From: Actinomycetota bacterium
GTDB taxonomy: Bacteria; Actinomycetota; UBA4738; CALAEC01
NCBI GenBank assembly: GCA_050692555.1
Contig: JBOGVS010000002.1
Location: 50,651-114,650, forward strand
Length of the DNA stretch: 64,000 nt
Direction: 5' to 3'
A model generated the notes under the pieces. The model made no database searches. It worked only from the letters and a program-made list of their open reading frames with translations, and was not told the origin of the DNA. Positions within the stretch are counted from its first letter, which is position 1, and each line of letters opens with the position of its first letter. Below, piece after piece: positions 17,914-28,376 of this stretch. Position numbers and translations under genes: made by a program.

Positions 17914-18541
17914 CTAAGCTTCGATCAGGGCGGCGCGGGCGGGGGCGCCGTCGCCGCCCATCACCTTGAGCGGCAGGCACACGAACGTGTAGGTCCCCGG
18001 CTCCACCCTGGAGAGGTCCAAGCCCTCGACGATGATCGTCCCGCCGCCCAGCAGCGTGCGGTGAACCGGGTGGTCGGGTCCCTCGGTCTTCTCCACCGAC
18101 AGGAAGTCCACCCCGACCAGTTTCAGCCCGCGGTCCACGATCCACCGAGCGCCTTCGGGACTGACCGCCACGTAGTCGTCGGGGAACGCCGGCCGGGACT
18201 GGGTCCACAAATCGGAGTTCCGGGTCCGGCACAACAGCCGCTGCACGTCGTCGGGAAGCTGCAGGGCCTCGAGCTCCTTCGGGCCGACGGCGGAGGTCTG
18301 CCACCACGGCCTCGCCGAAGAACACCTCCAGATCCAGGCGGTCCACGGGATCGGCGCCGTCGATGAAATGAACGGGTGGGTCCACGTGGGTCCCGGTGTG
18401 GGAGCCCATGTGGATCTCGGACACGTTGGCCGGATCGCCGCGCTCCAGGAGCTTGGCTCGCTCGACCGTAACGCCGGGGTCCCCGGGCCAGGTCAGCAGG
18501 TCGTCCCCGATCCCCAGCGAGACGTCGATGATCCGGCTCAT
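17914..18541 (-). pseudogene. Cyclase-family protein (kynurenine formamidase-like), disrupted by a +1/-1 frameshift near 18285
   Basis: The N-terminal part MSRIIDVSLGIGDDLLTWPGDPGVTVE...HMGSHTGTHVDPPVHF...EVFFGEAVVADL is in one frame. The C-terminal part AVGPKELEALQLPDDVQRLLCRTRNSDLW...HPVHRTLLGGGTIIVEGLDLSRVEPGTYTFVCLPLKVMGG is in the adjacent frame. The two join cleanly if a single base is removed. Confidence 0.6.
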
Positions 18542-18638
18542 CCCCCCATCCTTTCCGGGCCCGGCTCCCTGGGTCGCCCACTGGCGAAACGGCCCCGCCC
18601 GCGGCAGGGTTATAGCAGGGCGCCCAGGGGAGGAGCCG

Positions 18639-19685
18639 ATGAAGGCAGTCACCCTCGTACCGCTGAAGTCGGGGACCGCCGAGCTCAGCGATGTCCCCGA
18701 GCCGGACCCCGCGGAAGGATCGGTGCTGGTGGAGGCCGTGGCGGTCGGCGTCGACGGCACCGACCAGGAGATCATCGACGGGCAGTACGGGGAGCCGCCG
18801 CCGGGGAAGGACCGCCTGGTCTTGGGCCATGAGTCCCTCGGCCGGGTCCTGGAGGCCCCCGCGGAAAGCGGGCTCTCAGAAGGCGACCTGGTGATCGGCA
18901 TCGTCCGGCATCCCGACCCGGTGCCCTGTCCACAGTGCGCCGCCGGCGAATGGGACATGTGCACCAACGGCCGGTACACCGAGCACGGGATCAAGGGGCG
19001 CGATGGGTTCATCAGGGAGCGCTACCGGCTGGAACCCGGCCGAGCCGTGAGGGCCGAGCCGTCGCTCGACGACCTGGCGGTGCTCACCGAGCCCACCAGC
19101 GTGGTGGCCAAGGCGTGGGACCACGTCGAGCGGATCGGCAGCCGGGCGACGTGGAAGCCTCGGCGCGCCCTGATCACCGGCGCCGGACCCATCGGCCTGT
19201 TCGCGGCGATGCTCGGGGCCCAGCGGGGGATCGAGATGCACGTGGTCGACAGGGTCAAGGAGGGCCCCAAGCCGGCGCTGGTCGAGGACCGGGGGTGGTG
19301 CTACCACTCCGACCTCGAGCAGACCGAGGAGGGCGGGTTCGACGTGGTGATCGAGTGCACGGGCGTCGGGGCGCTGGTGTTCCACGCCATCGAGCACACC
19401 GCTCCCGGAGGAGTGATGTGCCTCACCGGGATCGCCTCCAGCGACCGGAAGGTACCGCTGGACGCATCCCTGTTGAACAAGCACATGGTGCTCAACAACA
19501 CCGTGGTGTTCGGCTCCGTGAACGCCGGCCGGCGCCACTACGAGCAGGCCGCCGAGGCCCTGGCCAACGCCGATCCCGCCTGGCTGGAGCGGCTGATCAC
19601 CCGGCGGGTGCCGCTGGAGCGCTGGAGCGAGGCGCTGGAGCGGCAGCCCGACGACGTGAAGACCGTGATCGCCTTGGGGACCTGA
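18639..19685 (+). CDS. Zn-dependent MDR-family glucose 1-dehydrogenase-like (archaeal GDH type)
   Basis: Catalytic GHESLG motif, a structural Zn Cys cluster (PCPQCAAGEWDMC) and a Rossmann GAGPIGL motif. GGAGG precedes the ATG; the start was set at MKAVTLV inside the track ORF. Confidence 0.8.
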   Translation: MKAVTLVPLKSGTAELSDVPEPDPAEGSVLVEAVAVGVDGTDQEIIDGQYGEPPPGKDRLVLGHESLGRVLEAPAESGLSEGDLVIGIVRHPDPVPCPQCAAGEWDMCTNGRYTEHGIKGRDGFIRERYRLEPGRAVRAEPSLDDLAVLTEPTSVVAKAWDHVERIGSRATWKPRRALITGAGPIGLFAAMLGAQRGIEMHVVDRVKEGPKPALVEDRGWCYHSDLEQTEEGGFDVVIECTGVGALVFHAIEHTAPGGVMCLTGIASSDRKVPLDASLLNKHMVLNNTVVFGSVNAGRRHYEQAAEALANADPAWLERLITRRVPLERWSEALERQPDDVKTVIALGT

Positions 19686-19688
19686 GCC

Positions 19689-21800
19689 GTGGAGGCCGAG
19701 GAGAAGGTCGAGAAGCAGGGCGCTCAGGTCGACCTGCCCCCAGGGTCCATCCAGGTCCTCGAGGGCTCGACGTTCATGCTGTCCGACCCGCGAGGGGACG
19801 TGTTCGACGGGTCGGTGGCCGGCCTGTACCACGAGGACACCCGCCATCTGAACCGCTTCGTCCTGACGGTGAACGGAGAAGCCCCAACGGTGCTCACGTC
19901 CAACGAGGTGGACTACTACTCGGCGGTGTTCTTCCTCACCAACCCCGACCTCGACGGGATCGCCGGAAAGAACCTGACGATCCAACGGCACCGCTTCGTG
20001 GGGGACGGGATGCGGGAGACCATCACGGTCCGCAACCATCTCCGGGAGACGGTTCGCATCGAGCTTCGGTTGTCGGTGTGGGCGGACTTCGCCGACCTGT
20101 TCGAGGTCAAGGGGAAGGACTTCCGCAAGGCCGGCACCGCCGGCCGGTCCCACGACCCGGCGAACAGCACGCTGGGGTTCGACTACGAGCACGAGACGTT
20201 CCGGGCCGCCACCAGGGTCCGATCCAGCCAGCCCGCCCGGATCGACGGCGACGACCTGGTGTGGGACCTGGAGCTGGAGCCGCTCGGAACCTGGCACACA
20301 GGCGTGCTGGTGACGGTGAACGTGGACGAGGAGGTCATGGAGCCCACCCACGACACCTTCGGCCAGCCGGAGCGGAAGGCCAGCGCGGTGCTGAAGACGT
20401 GGCAGGACGAGGTCCCCCAGGTGACCGGGGGCTACGACGTCGTGTGGCACGTGATGGAGCGGTCGGTCGTGGACCTGGCCTCGCTGCGACTCCAGGCGTG
20501 TGTTGAGGGCAACGAGTTCTCGCTGCCCGCCGCCGGCCTCCCGTGGTTCATGGCCATCTTCGGCCGGGACACCCTGATCACCTCGTACCAGTCGATCTGG
20601 GTGGGCCCCGAGCTGGCCCGGGGCGCGCTCATCGCCCTGGCCGGCCTCCAGGGCAGGGAGATGAACGACTTCAAGGACGAGGAGCCGGGCAAGATCCTGC
20701 ACGAGATCAGGTTCGGGGAGCTGGCGTCGCTGGACCTCAAGCCCCACCGTCCGTATTACGGCTCGTCCGATTCCACTCCGCTGTGGCTGGTCCTGCTGTC
20801 CGAGTACTGGCGGTGGACCCGCGACGACGCCACCGTCCGGGACCTCAAGGACAACGCGCTCCGAGCCCTGGCATGGATCGACCGCTACGGCGACCTCGAC
20901 AGTGATGGTTATATCGAGTACAAGACGCGCTCCGAGCAGGGACTGCGCACGCAGGGCTGGAAGGACTCATGGAACGGCATCCTGTTCGCCGACGGCTCCA
21001 TGCCCGAGGTCCCCATCGCCCTGTGTGAGTTCCAGGGCTACGCCTACGACGCCAAGCAGCGAACCGCGGAGCTCGCCGAACAGGTGTGGAAGGACCCCGA
21101 GCTCGCGGCCCGGCTGCGCCGGGAGGCCCGGGAGCTCTTCGAGCGCTTCAACCGGGACTTCTGGATCGACGAGCGAGGCGGGTACTACGCCCTTGGCCTG
21201 GACAGGGACAAGCGCCAGATCGACTCGCTGACCTCCAACATGGGCCACCTGTTGTGGTCGGGCATCGTCCGTGAGGACCGGGCGCCGATCGTGGCCCGGC
21301 AGCTGCTGGGTGACGGTATGTGGTCGGGGTGGGGTGTTCGCACCATGTCGTGGGACGACGCCGGGTACAACCCCATCGGCTACCACATCGGGCCGGTGTG
21401 GCCCCACGACAACTCCATCATCTCCGCGGGCCTGTACCGATACGGCCTCCGCGAGGAGGCCAACCGGATCGCGGTGGCCATGCTGGAGGCGTCCTCGTAC
21501 ACGGAGTTCCGTCTCCCGGAGGTGTTCGCCGGCTATTCGCGCAGCGAGGCGCCGTTCCCGGTGCGCTACCCCACCGCCTCCAGCCCTCAGGCGTGGGCCA
21601 CCGGAGCCCCGTTCCTGTGGTTCCGGCTCGCCCTGGGACTGGAGCTGGGAGAAGGCGAGCTGACCATCGACCCCCTGGCCCCCAAGGAGCTCGGCCGGAT
21701 GGGGCTCCAGGGCATCCACGCCCTCGGTGAGCGCTGGGACCTGTGGGCCGAGGGGTCCGACGGGGAGATCACCAGAGCGAAGGGAGGAAATCACCGATGA
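19689..21800 (+). CDS. Amylo-alpha-1,6-glucosidase / GDE_C-family glycoside hydrolase (archaeal-type debranching-enzyme-like)
   Basis: GDE N-terminal domain and an (alpha/alpha)6 catalytic domain with FMAIFGRDTLITS, YYGSSDSTPLW and GYHIGPVWPHDN motifs. Confidence 0.8.
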   Translation: MEAEEKVEKQGAQVDLPPGSIQVLEGSTFMLSDPRGDVFDGSVAGLYHEDTRHLNRFVLTVNGEAPTVLTSNEVDYYSAVFFLTNPDLDGIAGKNLTIQRHRFVGDGMRETITVRNHLRETVRIELRLSVWADFADLFEVKGKDFRKAGTAGRSHDPANSTLGFDYEHETFRAATRVRSSQPARIDGDDLVWDLELEPLGTWHTGVLVTVNVDEEVMEPTHDTFGQPERKASAVLKTWQDEVPQVTGGYDVVWHVMERSVVDLASLRLQACVEGNEFSLPAAGLPWFMAIFGRDTLITSYQSIWVGPELARGALIALAGLQGREMNDFKDEEPGKILHEIRFGELASLDLKPHRPYYGSSDSTPLWLVLLSEYWRWTRDDATVRDLKDNALRALAWIDRYGDLDSDGYIEYKTRSEQGLRTQGWKDSWNGILFADGSMPEVPIALCEFQGYAYDAKQRTAELAEQVWKDPELAARLRREARELFERFNRDFWIDERGGYYALGLDRDKRQIDSLTSNMGHLLWSGIVREDRAPIVARQLLGDGMWSGWGVRTMSWDDAGYNPIGYHIGPVWPHDNSIISAGLYRYGLREEANRIAVAMLEASSYTEFRLPEVFAGYSRSEAPFPVRYPTASSPQAWATGAPFLWFRLALGLELGEGELTIDPLAPKELGRMGLQGIHALGERWDLWAEGSDGEITRAKGGNHR

Positions 21801-22723
21801 GGTTCGGGATCGTGGGACTGGGGCGCATGGGCGCAAACCTCGCCCGCCACGCAATGGAGAAGAGCCATCAGGTGGTCGGGTATGACCCGGCCGAGCAGGC
21901 GCGCAAGGAACTCGCCGGGGAGGGCATGGAGCCGGCGGCCTCGCTGGAGGAGCTTGCCGGGAAGCTGGAGCCGCCGCGGGTGGTCCTCCTGTACGTCCCG
22001 CATGGGGACATCACCGAGCAGGTCTGCCGAGACATCCGTCCCGTGCTTACTGAGGGCGACATCGTGATGGACGGAGGGAACTCCCACTGGAAGGACTCCG
22101 AGCGCCGGTACGGCTTCTTCGCCGAGACGGGAATCAAGTTCCTCGACTGCGGGACCAGCGGCGGCGTCGATGGAGCCCGCACCGGGGCGTGCTTCATGGC
22201 CGGCGGCCCCAGGGAGGCCTACGAGGTGGTGGAGCCTCTCCTCAAGGACCTGGCCATCGACGAGCTCGGCGTGGTCCACGCCAGCGAGGCCCCGGGCAGC
22301 GGGCACTTCGTCAAGCTGGTGCACAACGCCATCGAGTTCGGGATGAACCAGTCGATCGCCGAGGGCGTGGAGATGCTGATGCGCTCGGGGTACCCAATCG
22401 ATCTCCCGGCCGTATTCGTCAACTGGAACCACGGCTCGGTGATCCGAAGCTGGCTGGTCGAGCTCATGGGCCAGCAGCTGCAGAAGTACCTGGCCGAGTG
22501 GGACCAACTCTCCACGTACGTCGAGGACACCGAAGAGGTGAAGTGGGTGCTGAACTGGGCGATGGACGAGGACATCCCCTCTCCGGTGATCGCTCTCTCC
22601 CAACAGGCCCTCCTGCAGTTCCGGGACCTCGACTGGCCCGCAGCGAAGGCGCACGCGCTGCTGCGCAACGCCTACGGCGGCCACCCGATCCTCAAGGTGG
22701 GCGACACGAAGCCGCGCGCCTGA
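21797..22723 (+). CDS. 6-phosphogluconate dehydrogenase-like (decarboxylating, short NAD-dependent YqeC/Gnd-like form)
   Basis: MRFGIVGLGRMGANLARH...LDCGTSGGVDGARTGACFMAGG...HFVKLVHNAIEFGMNQSIAEG. ATGA overlap with the preceding gene. Confidence 0.8.
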   Translation: MRFGIVGLGRMGANLARHAMEKSHQVVGYDPAEQARKELAGEGMEPAASLEELAGKLEPPRVVLLYVPHGDITEQVCRDIRPVLTEGDIVMDGGNSHWKDSERRYGFFAETGIKFLDCGTSGGVDGARTGACFMAGGPREAYEVVEPLLKDLAIDELGVVHASEAPGSGHFVKLVHNAIEFGMNQSIAEGVEMLMRSGYPIDLPAVFVNWNHGSVIRSWLVELMGQQLQKYLAEWDQLSTYVEDTEEVKWVLNWAMDEDIPSPVIALSQQALLQFRDLDWPAAKAHALLRNAYGGHPILKVGDTKPRA

Positions 22724-22731
22724 AGGTCCGC

Positions 22732-23286
22732 CTACTCGAGGGCCGCGGCGGCGAACCCCACCTCGAAGCGGCGGCACCACACCACGGCCGTGGAGTACCG
22801 GTCCAGGTCGACGTCCTCCGGGAGATCGTAGTTCTGGTCGCCGATGTTGCCCTTCAGCACGCCGAGATCGACGAAGTCCCGGTCGTAGCCGTGCCAGTCG
22901 TCGGTCCCCGCCGGGGTCTTAGCCGAGAGATACACGACCAGGTCCGGGCCGTTGGAGGTCTCGAAGTCGTCGAACCGCAGGAACCGCCCGCCGGTCGCGG
23001 TCTCCACGATCAGGGCCCGGCCGGTGGACTGGTGCTCCAGGCTGATGAACTCGCCCTCGGCAACGGTGGACGGCCCGGGCATCCCGGCGGCCGTTCCCGG
23101 ATCCTCCTCAGCAGCGGTCTCCGTTTGTGCCGCGGGGGCACCCGGAAGGGCCTCGTTCACCCGGTCCTCGGTGAACAGGCGGTCCGGCCGGAACCACAGG
23201 AACCCGAACACCAGGGCCGCGAGGCCCACGACTCCCACGACCGCGGTGCGTCCCGGATGCCGCCTGATCGCCCCGGTGACGTCCAT
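22732..23286 (-). CDS. DM13-domain membrane-anchored protein (putative electron-transfer domain)
   Basis: N-terminal TM, then EGEFISLEHQSTGRALIVETATGGRFLRFDDFETSNGPDLVVYLS, which matches the DM13 domain. Confidence 0.65.
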   Translation of the reverse strand: MDVTGAIRRHPGRTAVVGVVGLAALVFGFLWFRPDRLFTEDRVNEALPGAPAAQTETAAEEDPGTAAGMPGPSTVAEGEFISLEHQSTGRALIVETATGGRFLRFDDFETSNGPDLVVYLSAKTPAGTDDWHGYDRDFVDLGVLKGNIGDQNYDLPEDVDLDRYSTAVVWCRRFEVGFAAAALE

Positions 23287-23398
23287 TGCTCTCGACCACC
23301 TTACGTTCGGGACGTTGCGGATTCCTTACCGTGCCCGGGATCACCGGGCTCAGAAGGGCGGCAAGGTCTCTGAAACAGTTCCGGGTGACAATGGAGCC

Positions 23399-24084
<686 letters not shown>

Positions 24085-24088
<4 letters not shown>

Positions 24089-25308
24089 ACCGCTGGCGCC
24101 CGATCGCCCTGGCCGCCGTGGTGGCGGCGTCCGGCGCGGGAGGGACGATCCTGGCCGGCGCCGCGGCCGGGATGGGAGCCGGCGAGGTGGCCCACCTCGC
24201 GGCTCTGATGCTCCCCGCGGTGGGTGCGACGCTGGTCGCGGTGTGGGCCGCGCGCCCGCTGCTCCGACGGGCCACGTTCCGGCAGCGCCTCATGTCGGTG
24301 GCGCTCGTGGCGGTGGTGGCCAGCCTGGCGAACCTGGCGGTGCTGGCCGGCCTGATGTTCGTGAGCGCCCACGACGCCACGCTCATGGCCGCGCTGGTCG
24401 CCTACTCGGTGGGTGCCGGTGCCGGCGTCGCCCTGGTGCTGGCCCGGGACACCACGTCGGCGGTGGACAGGCTGACCCATTCCGCGCTCGAGCTGGCCGA
24501 GGGCAACCTGGACGCTCGCGTCGGACCGATCGACGGAGGGCCGGAGCTCCAGGCCCTGGGCTCGGCGCTCGACGAGACGGCCACCCGGCTCCAGGCGTCG
24601 ATCGCCGCCGAGCGAGCCGGAGAGGCGAAACGCCGGGATCTGATCACCGCGGTGTCGCACGACCTCCGGACGCCACTGGCTGGGCTCCGGGCCATGGTGG
24701 AGGCGATCGACGACGGCGTGGTCGACGACCCTCCCAGCCTCCGGCGCTACGTCGGCGAGATGCGCCGGCAGGTTCAGTCCCTGGTCGTCCTGGTCGACGA
24801 TCTCTTCGAGCTGGTGCAGCTGGACGCCGGAGCCATCGAGGCAGAGTCGGAGAGGGCTCGGCTGGCGGACGTGGTGGGTTCCGCGGTGGCGGCCTGCGGG
24901 GCACAGGCCGCGGAGAAGCGGCTGGTGGTGGAACAACGCCTGAACAGCGCGGGCGAGGCCCTGTGCTCGCCCCGGCTCGTCCGCGTGCTCCAGAACCTGC
25001 TCCAGAACGCCATCCGGCACACGCCGGCCGACGGCACGGTCCGGATCGAGGCCCGCCCGGAGGCCGGCGGCGTGGAGGTCGTGGTGGAGGACGGCGGCGA
25101 GGGCATCCCCCCCGAGAGCGCCGACCTGGTGTTCGAACCGTTCTGGCGAGGCGAAGCGGCCCGGACCTCCCCGGGCTCCGGCCTGGGCCTGGCCCTGGCC
25201 AAGCGGATCGTGGAGACGCTCGGCGGGGCCATCAGCGTCCGCAGCGACTCCACCACGGGGGCGAGATTCGCGGTCCTGTTGCCGGGACGGGCGGCTTCGC
25301 CGCAGTAG
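24085..25308 (+). CDS. Sensor histidine kinase (multi-TM, HAMP, HisKA, HATPase_c)
   Basis: GTG start overlapping the RR stop as GTGA. H-box VSHDLRTPLAGL, N/G-boxes LQNLLQNAIRHT...GSGLGLALAKRIVE. Confidence 0.85.
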
Positions 25309-27081
25309 CTACAGACCGGCGGCGATCACCGCGCGGGTCACCCGATCGGCGATCGAGGGGAGCGGAGACTCCCGGCCGACCCACGGGTCACCGTCGAAGT
25401 ACAGCCCGAAGATCCGCTCCGCGGTGCGGGTGGCCAGGGCCTGGGTGGTGAGCGTGGGATTGGGACCCCCCAGGGAGTTGGCCAGCGCCGAGTTGTCCGC
25501 CACGAACAGGCGCTTGACCCACCGGGCCTCGGCGTTCTCATCGAGGACCGAGTCGTCCTCGCCGATCCCCATGCGCATCGTGGACTGGACGTGGAGGATC
25601 AGGGGCGGCCAGTTCAGCCGGTGGACATCGGTGGCCCCCGCCGCCCGGAGCAGCTCCACGGCCTTTCCCACGAGGAACTCCCGGTTCCGGAGGGTCCTGG
25701 CCGTTCGCTCGCGCGGGTGGAACTCCACCCGGGCCACGGGGCCGTGCTCGTCGGAAGGAAACGCCTGCGACAGCGTGACCCGGTTCTGGGCCTCGACGTC
25801 GTCGTCGGTGATCACCAGGACGTTCAGGATCCGGTTGACGTCGGACACCATCCTCTTGAGAGCCCCGCCGACGATCCGGCCCGAGGTGTCGGCGCCGCCG
25901 GCGGCGGGCAGGCCGTTGTCGTAGAACCCGGCCATCCCCGCGTCGCTGAACGTCGCCGAGAACGTCTGCAGTGCGGGAGGGAGCCCCACGTTCTCCAGGC
26001 CACCGCGCCCGGGGAAGTCGCACCGGGCCGAGGAGCCCGGGCCCTTGCTGGATCCGGTGTCGAACGGCATCACTCCGATGACCCAGTCGAAGAAATGGTC
26101 GGTGTAGCCGCGGCCCACCCAGTCGTTGGGGTTCGGGAGCCCGCTGTTGAACCACAGCCGGGGGTTCTCGGTGCAGCCGCCGGCCATGACCACCACCCGG
26201 GCGTCCTCGGTGACCTGCTCACCGCTCTCCCCCACCCGCCAGGTCACGCCCGTGGCCGCCGGAACCCCGTCCTCCTCGGCGGTGTGGATCTGCACCACGA
26301 ACGCGTCGGGGATCAGCTCGATCGAACGTCCCCCGCGGGCCCATGACGAAGCAGTGAGGGCCATGGGGATGTAGCTGTTGTCGGTGGACCGCTTGGCGAA
26401 CAGGTTCCGGGGCGCGTTGATCGGCTCCATACATCCCTGGAAGCAGTAGCCGCAGAACGTGCACCCCCGAGCCTTCGGATACACGAGCTGCCGCGCGTCG
26501 CTGGTCCGGCCCGCGGTCCCACCCGGCTGGAGGATGGCGTTCTCCTGCGGGCGGAACGAGTCGCGGGTGGTGTCCTTGGATACCTGCACGGGGAGCCCCA
26601 GGCCCTCGGCGCCGCGGAAGAACTCCTGCTCCTTGGTGCCCATGGCCGCGGTCTGGACGGGGAGGGTCTCCTCCACCCACTCGTAATACGGAACCAGCGA
26701 GCGGTAGGAAAAGGGAAACTCGTGAGCCCGGTCGTAGGCGTCACGGTCGGGTCGGTCGTAGCCGAGGAACACGCCGGGGGTGGCCCGGGGCGAGTTCCCG
26801 TAGTAGTGCTGAGTGGTACCGCCCACCCCGGAGAGCTGCCACAGGAAGGAGCTCTGGGGGATCTCCCGGAGCCACGCGGGCTTGGTCCGGTCGGCGGGTC
26901 CGAACCGGAAGTACCCGCCCAGCGGGTTGTTGGCGTCGTTCTCGAAGTGGGTCCATTCGCTCCGAGGGTCGGAGTGACGAGGCCCCGCCTCCAGCACCAG
27001 GACGTCGAGGCCCCGCTGGGCCAGCTCCTTCGCGGCCACCGCGCCGCCACCCCCGGCTCCGATCACGATGACGTCGCGCAT
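25309..27081 (-). CDS. GMC-family FAD-dependent oxidoreductase (gluconate 2-dehydrogenase flavoprotein-like)
   Basis: MRDVIVIGAGGGGAVAAKELAQRGLDVLVLEAG FAD fold, with GMC C-terminal motifs. Its stop codon abuts the convergent HK stop at 25308/25309. Confidence 0.85.
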   Translation of the reverse strand: MRDVIVIGAGGGGAVAAKELAQRGLDVLVLEAGPRHSDPRSEWTHFENDANNPLGGYFRFGPADRTKPAWLREIPQSSFLWQLSGVGGTTQHYYGNSPRATPGVFLGYDRPDRDAYDRAHEFPFSYRSLVPYYEWVEETLPVQTAAMGTKEQEFFRGAEGLGLPVQVSKDTTRDSFRPQENAILQPGGTAGRTSDARQLVYPKARGCTFCGYCFQGCMEPINAPRNLFAKRSTDNSYIPMALTASSWARGGRSIELIPDAFVVQIHTAEEDGVPAATGVTWRVGESGEQVTEDARVVVMAGGCTENPRLWFNSGLPNPNDWVGRGYTDHFFDWVIGVMPFDTGSSKGPGSSARCDFPGRGGLENVGLPPALQTFSATFSDAGMAGFYDNGLPAAGGADTSGRIVGGALKRMVSDVNRILNVLVITDDDVEAQNRVTLSQAFPSDEHGPVARVEFHPRERTARTLRNREFLVGKAVELLRAAGATDVHRLNWPPLILHVQSTMRMGIGEDDSVLDENAEARWVKRLFVADNSALANSLGGPNPTLTTQALATRTAERIFGLYFDGDPWVGRESPLPSIADRVTRAVIAAGL

Positions 27082-27824
27082 CAGCGGCCCTTGGTGCCCT
27101 CAGCCCGACGGCGGCCACCGTAGTAGCCGCGGAACTCCTCCCAGCCCTCGGCGGGGACCAGGCGTCCCGGCTGGTACCGAGTGAGATCCCAGCCCACCGG
27201 CCGCTCCGTCAGCTGCCGGGTGGCGGGGTCGAGTGCGTGCCACTCCCCGAAGGACACGAAGGTGGCGAACCCTGGGAGGATGCCGGCGGTGAACCGAAGG
27301 GCCCCGGAGGTCTCGTCGTCGCCTGGCGTGGCCTCGAGTCGCCGGAACACCTCGGCCTTCTCCGCGAAGGCCAGGCGGGCGAAATGCGAGGGGAACGGCC
27401 CGCCGGCGGCCACCGGGTTCACCTGCGCCGCGGTGGCGTTCAGGAGGTTGGCCACCGCCCCGGAGAGCGGCACGGTGGCGTCGTTGCCCTGGCCGATGTC
27501 CGGTGCGGGGACGAACCGGTCGAGGTTGGAGATCAGGTTCTCGGTCCCCTTCGCGGCGATGCCCCCCGGCTCCGCGGTGCTCTCCCCCTGGGCCACCGAG
27601 TACTCGTCGGGTCCCGGGACCACGAAGGCGATGAGCCCGTTGATGGTGTCCCGGGTGAGGTCCAGGTCCTGTGCCGAGGCCACGTCCAGCATGCCCCGGG
27701 CCCGAAGAACCCCCGGGAGCTGGGCCAACACCGCCCCGACCCCCACCATCCCGGCCCGGGCCAGAAAGGCCCGGCGGGTCAGCGATCGGTCTGAGAGCTC
27801 CTGGCCGTCGGGGGCGGCGGGCAT
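27081..27824 (-). CDS. Gluconate 2-dehydrogenase subunit 3-family small subunit, Tat-secreted
   Basis: Twin-arginine leader LTRRAFLARAGMVGVGAVL; about 247 aa. ATGA overlap with the GMC gene. The start was chosen at MPAAPDGQ inside the track ORF 27081..28094. Confidence 0.65.
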   Translation of the reverse strand: MPAAPDGQELSDRSLTRRAFLARAGMVGVGAVLAQLPGVLRARGMLDVASAQDLDLTRDTINGLIAFVVPGPDEYSVAQGESTAEPGGIAAKGTENLISNLDRFVPAPDIGQGNDATVPLSGAVANLLNATAAQVNPVAAGGPFPSHFARLAFAEKAEVFRRLEATPGDDETSGALRFTAGILPGFATFVSFGEWHALDPATRQLTERPVGWDLTRYQPGRLVPAEGWEEFRGYYGGRRRAEGTKGR

Positions 27825-27876
27825 CGTCGCCGAAGAGTTCGCCGCCGGTGCTTGGATTCCTCCCGGGGAGCCCGGC

Positions 27877-28362
27877 TCACGGCAGGGACCGCTCCATTTC
27901 GACCTCCAGGAGGGACGGATGAGAGCGGAGAGGCTTGGAACGCCCGGTCGGCTTGAATCCGGCCCGCCGGTACAGCTCGGTGGCCGCCTGGTTCGTCTCC
28001 GTGACCCACAGCCGGGCCTGGGTCCATCCTTCGGCCCCAGCCCAGCCCAGTGCCGCCTCCAGGAGCCGGGTGGCAAACCCCGTCCGGCGGGCATCCGGGA
28101 CCACCCACATTCCCCAGATCATCGCCGGACCCCCTGGCGTTTCCTCGGAGCATCCAGTCATGCCCACCCACGCTCCGTCGAGGATGGCAACGAAGATCGG
28201 GGTCCGGGCCGTCGCCCGCCAGCTCTCCTCCGGAAGCGCTTCCTCCTCGCGAAGGCTCCTGCCGAACGCGGAGGGAGCGTCCATCAGGGCCCGTAGCCGG
28301 AGGGTTCGGAGCTCCTCCCACTCCTCGGGGTGGACGCGCCGTACTTCGGCGGAGCCGGACAT
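27877..28362 (-). CDS. GNAT-family N-acetyltransferase
   Basis: The acetyl-CoA-binding motif (WVVPDARRTGFATRLLEAAL...LWVTETNQAATELYRRAGF) is present. It lies immediately downstream of folE. Confidence 0.7.
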   Translation of the reverse strand: MSGSAEVRRVHPEEWEELRTLRLRALMDAPSAFGRSLREEEALPEESWRATARTPIFVAILDGAWVGMTGCSEETPGGPAMIWGMWVVPDARRTGFATRLLEAALGWAGAEGWTQARLWVTETNQAATELYRRAGFKPTGRSKPLRSHPSLLEVEMERSLP

Positions 28363-28376
28363 CTGGTGTCGAGGGT

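Noticed and set aside
23287-23398. GCCCGG-gatcac-CCGGGC inverted repeat in the DM13/response-regulator divergent region as an operator
   Set aside because: Arms are only 6 bp and GC-only, which is common by chance here, and there is no supporting conservation data.
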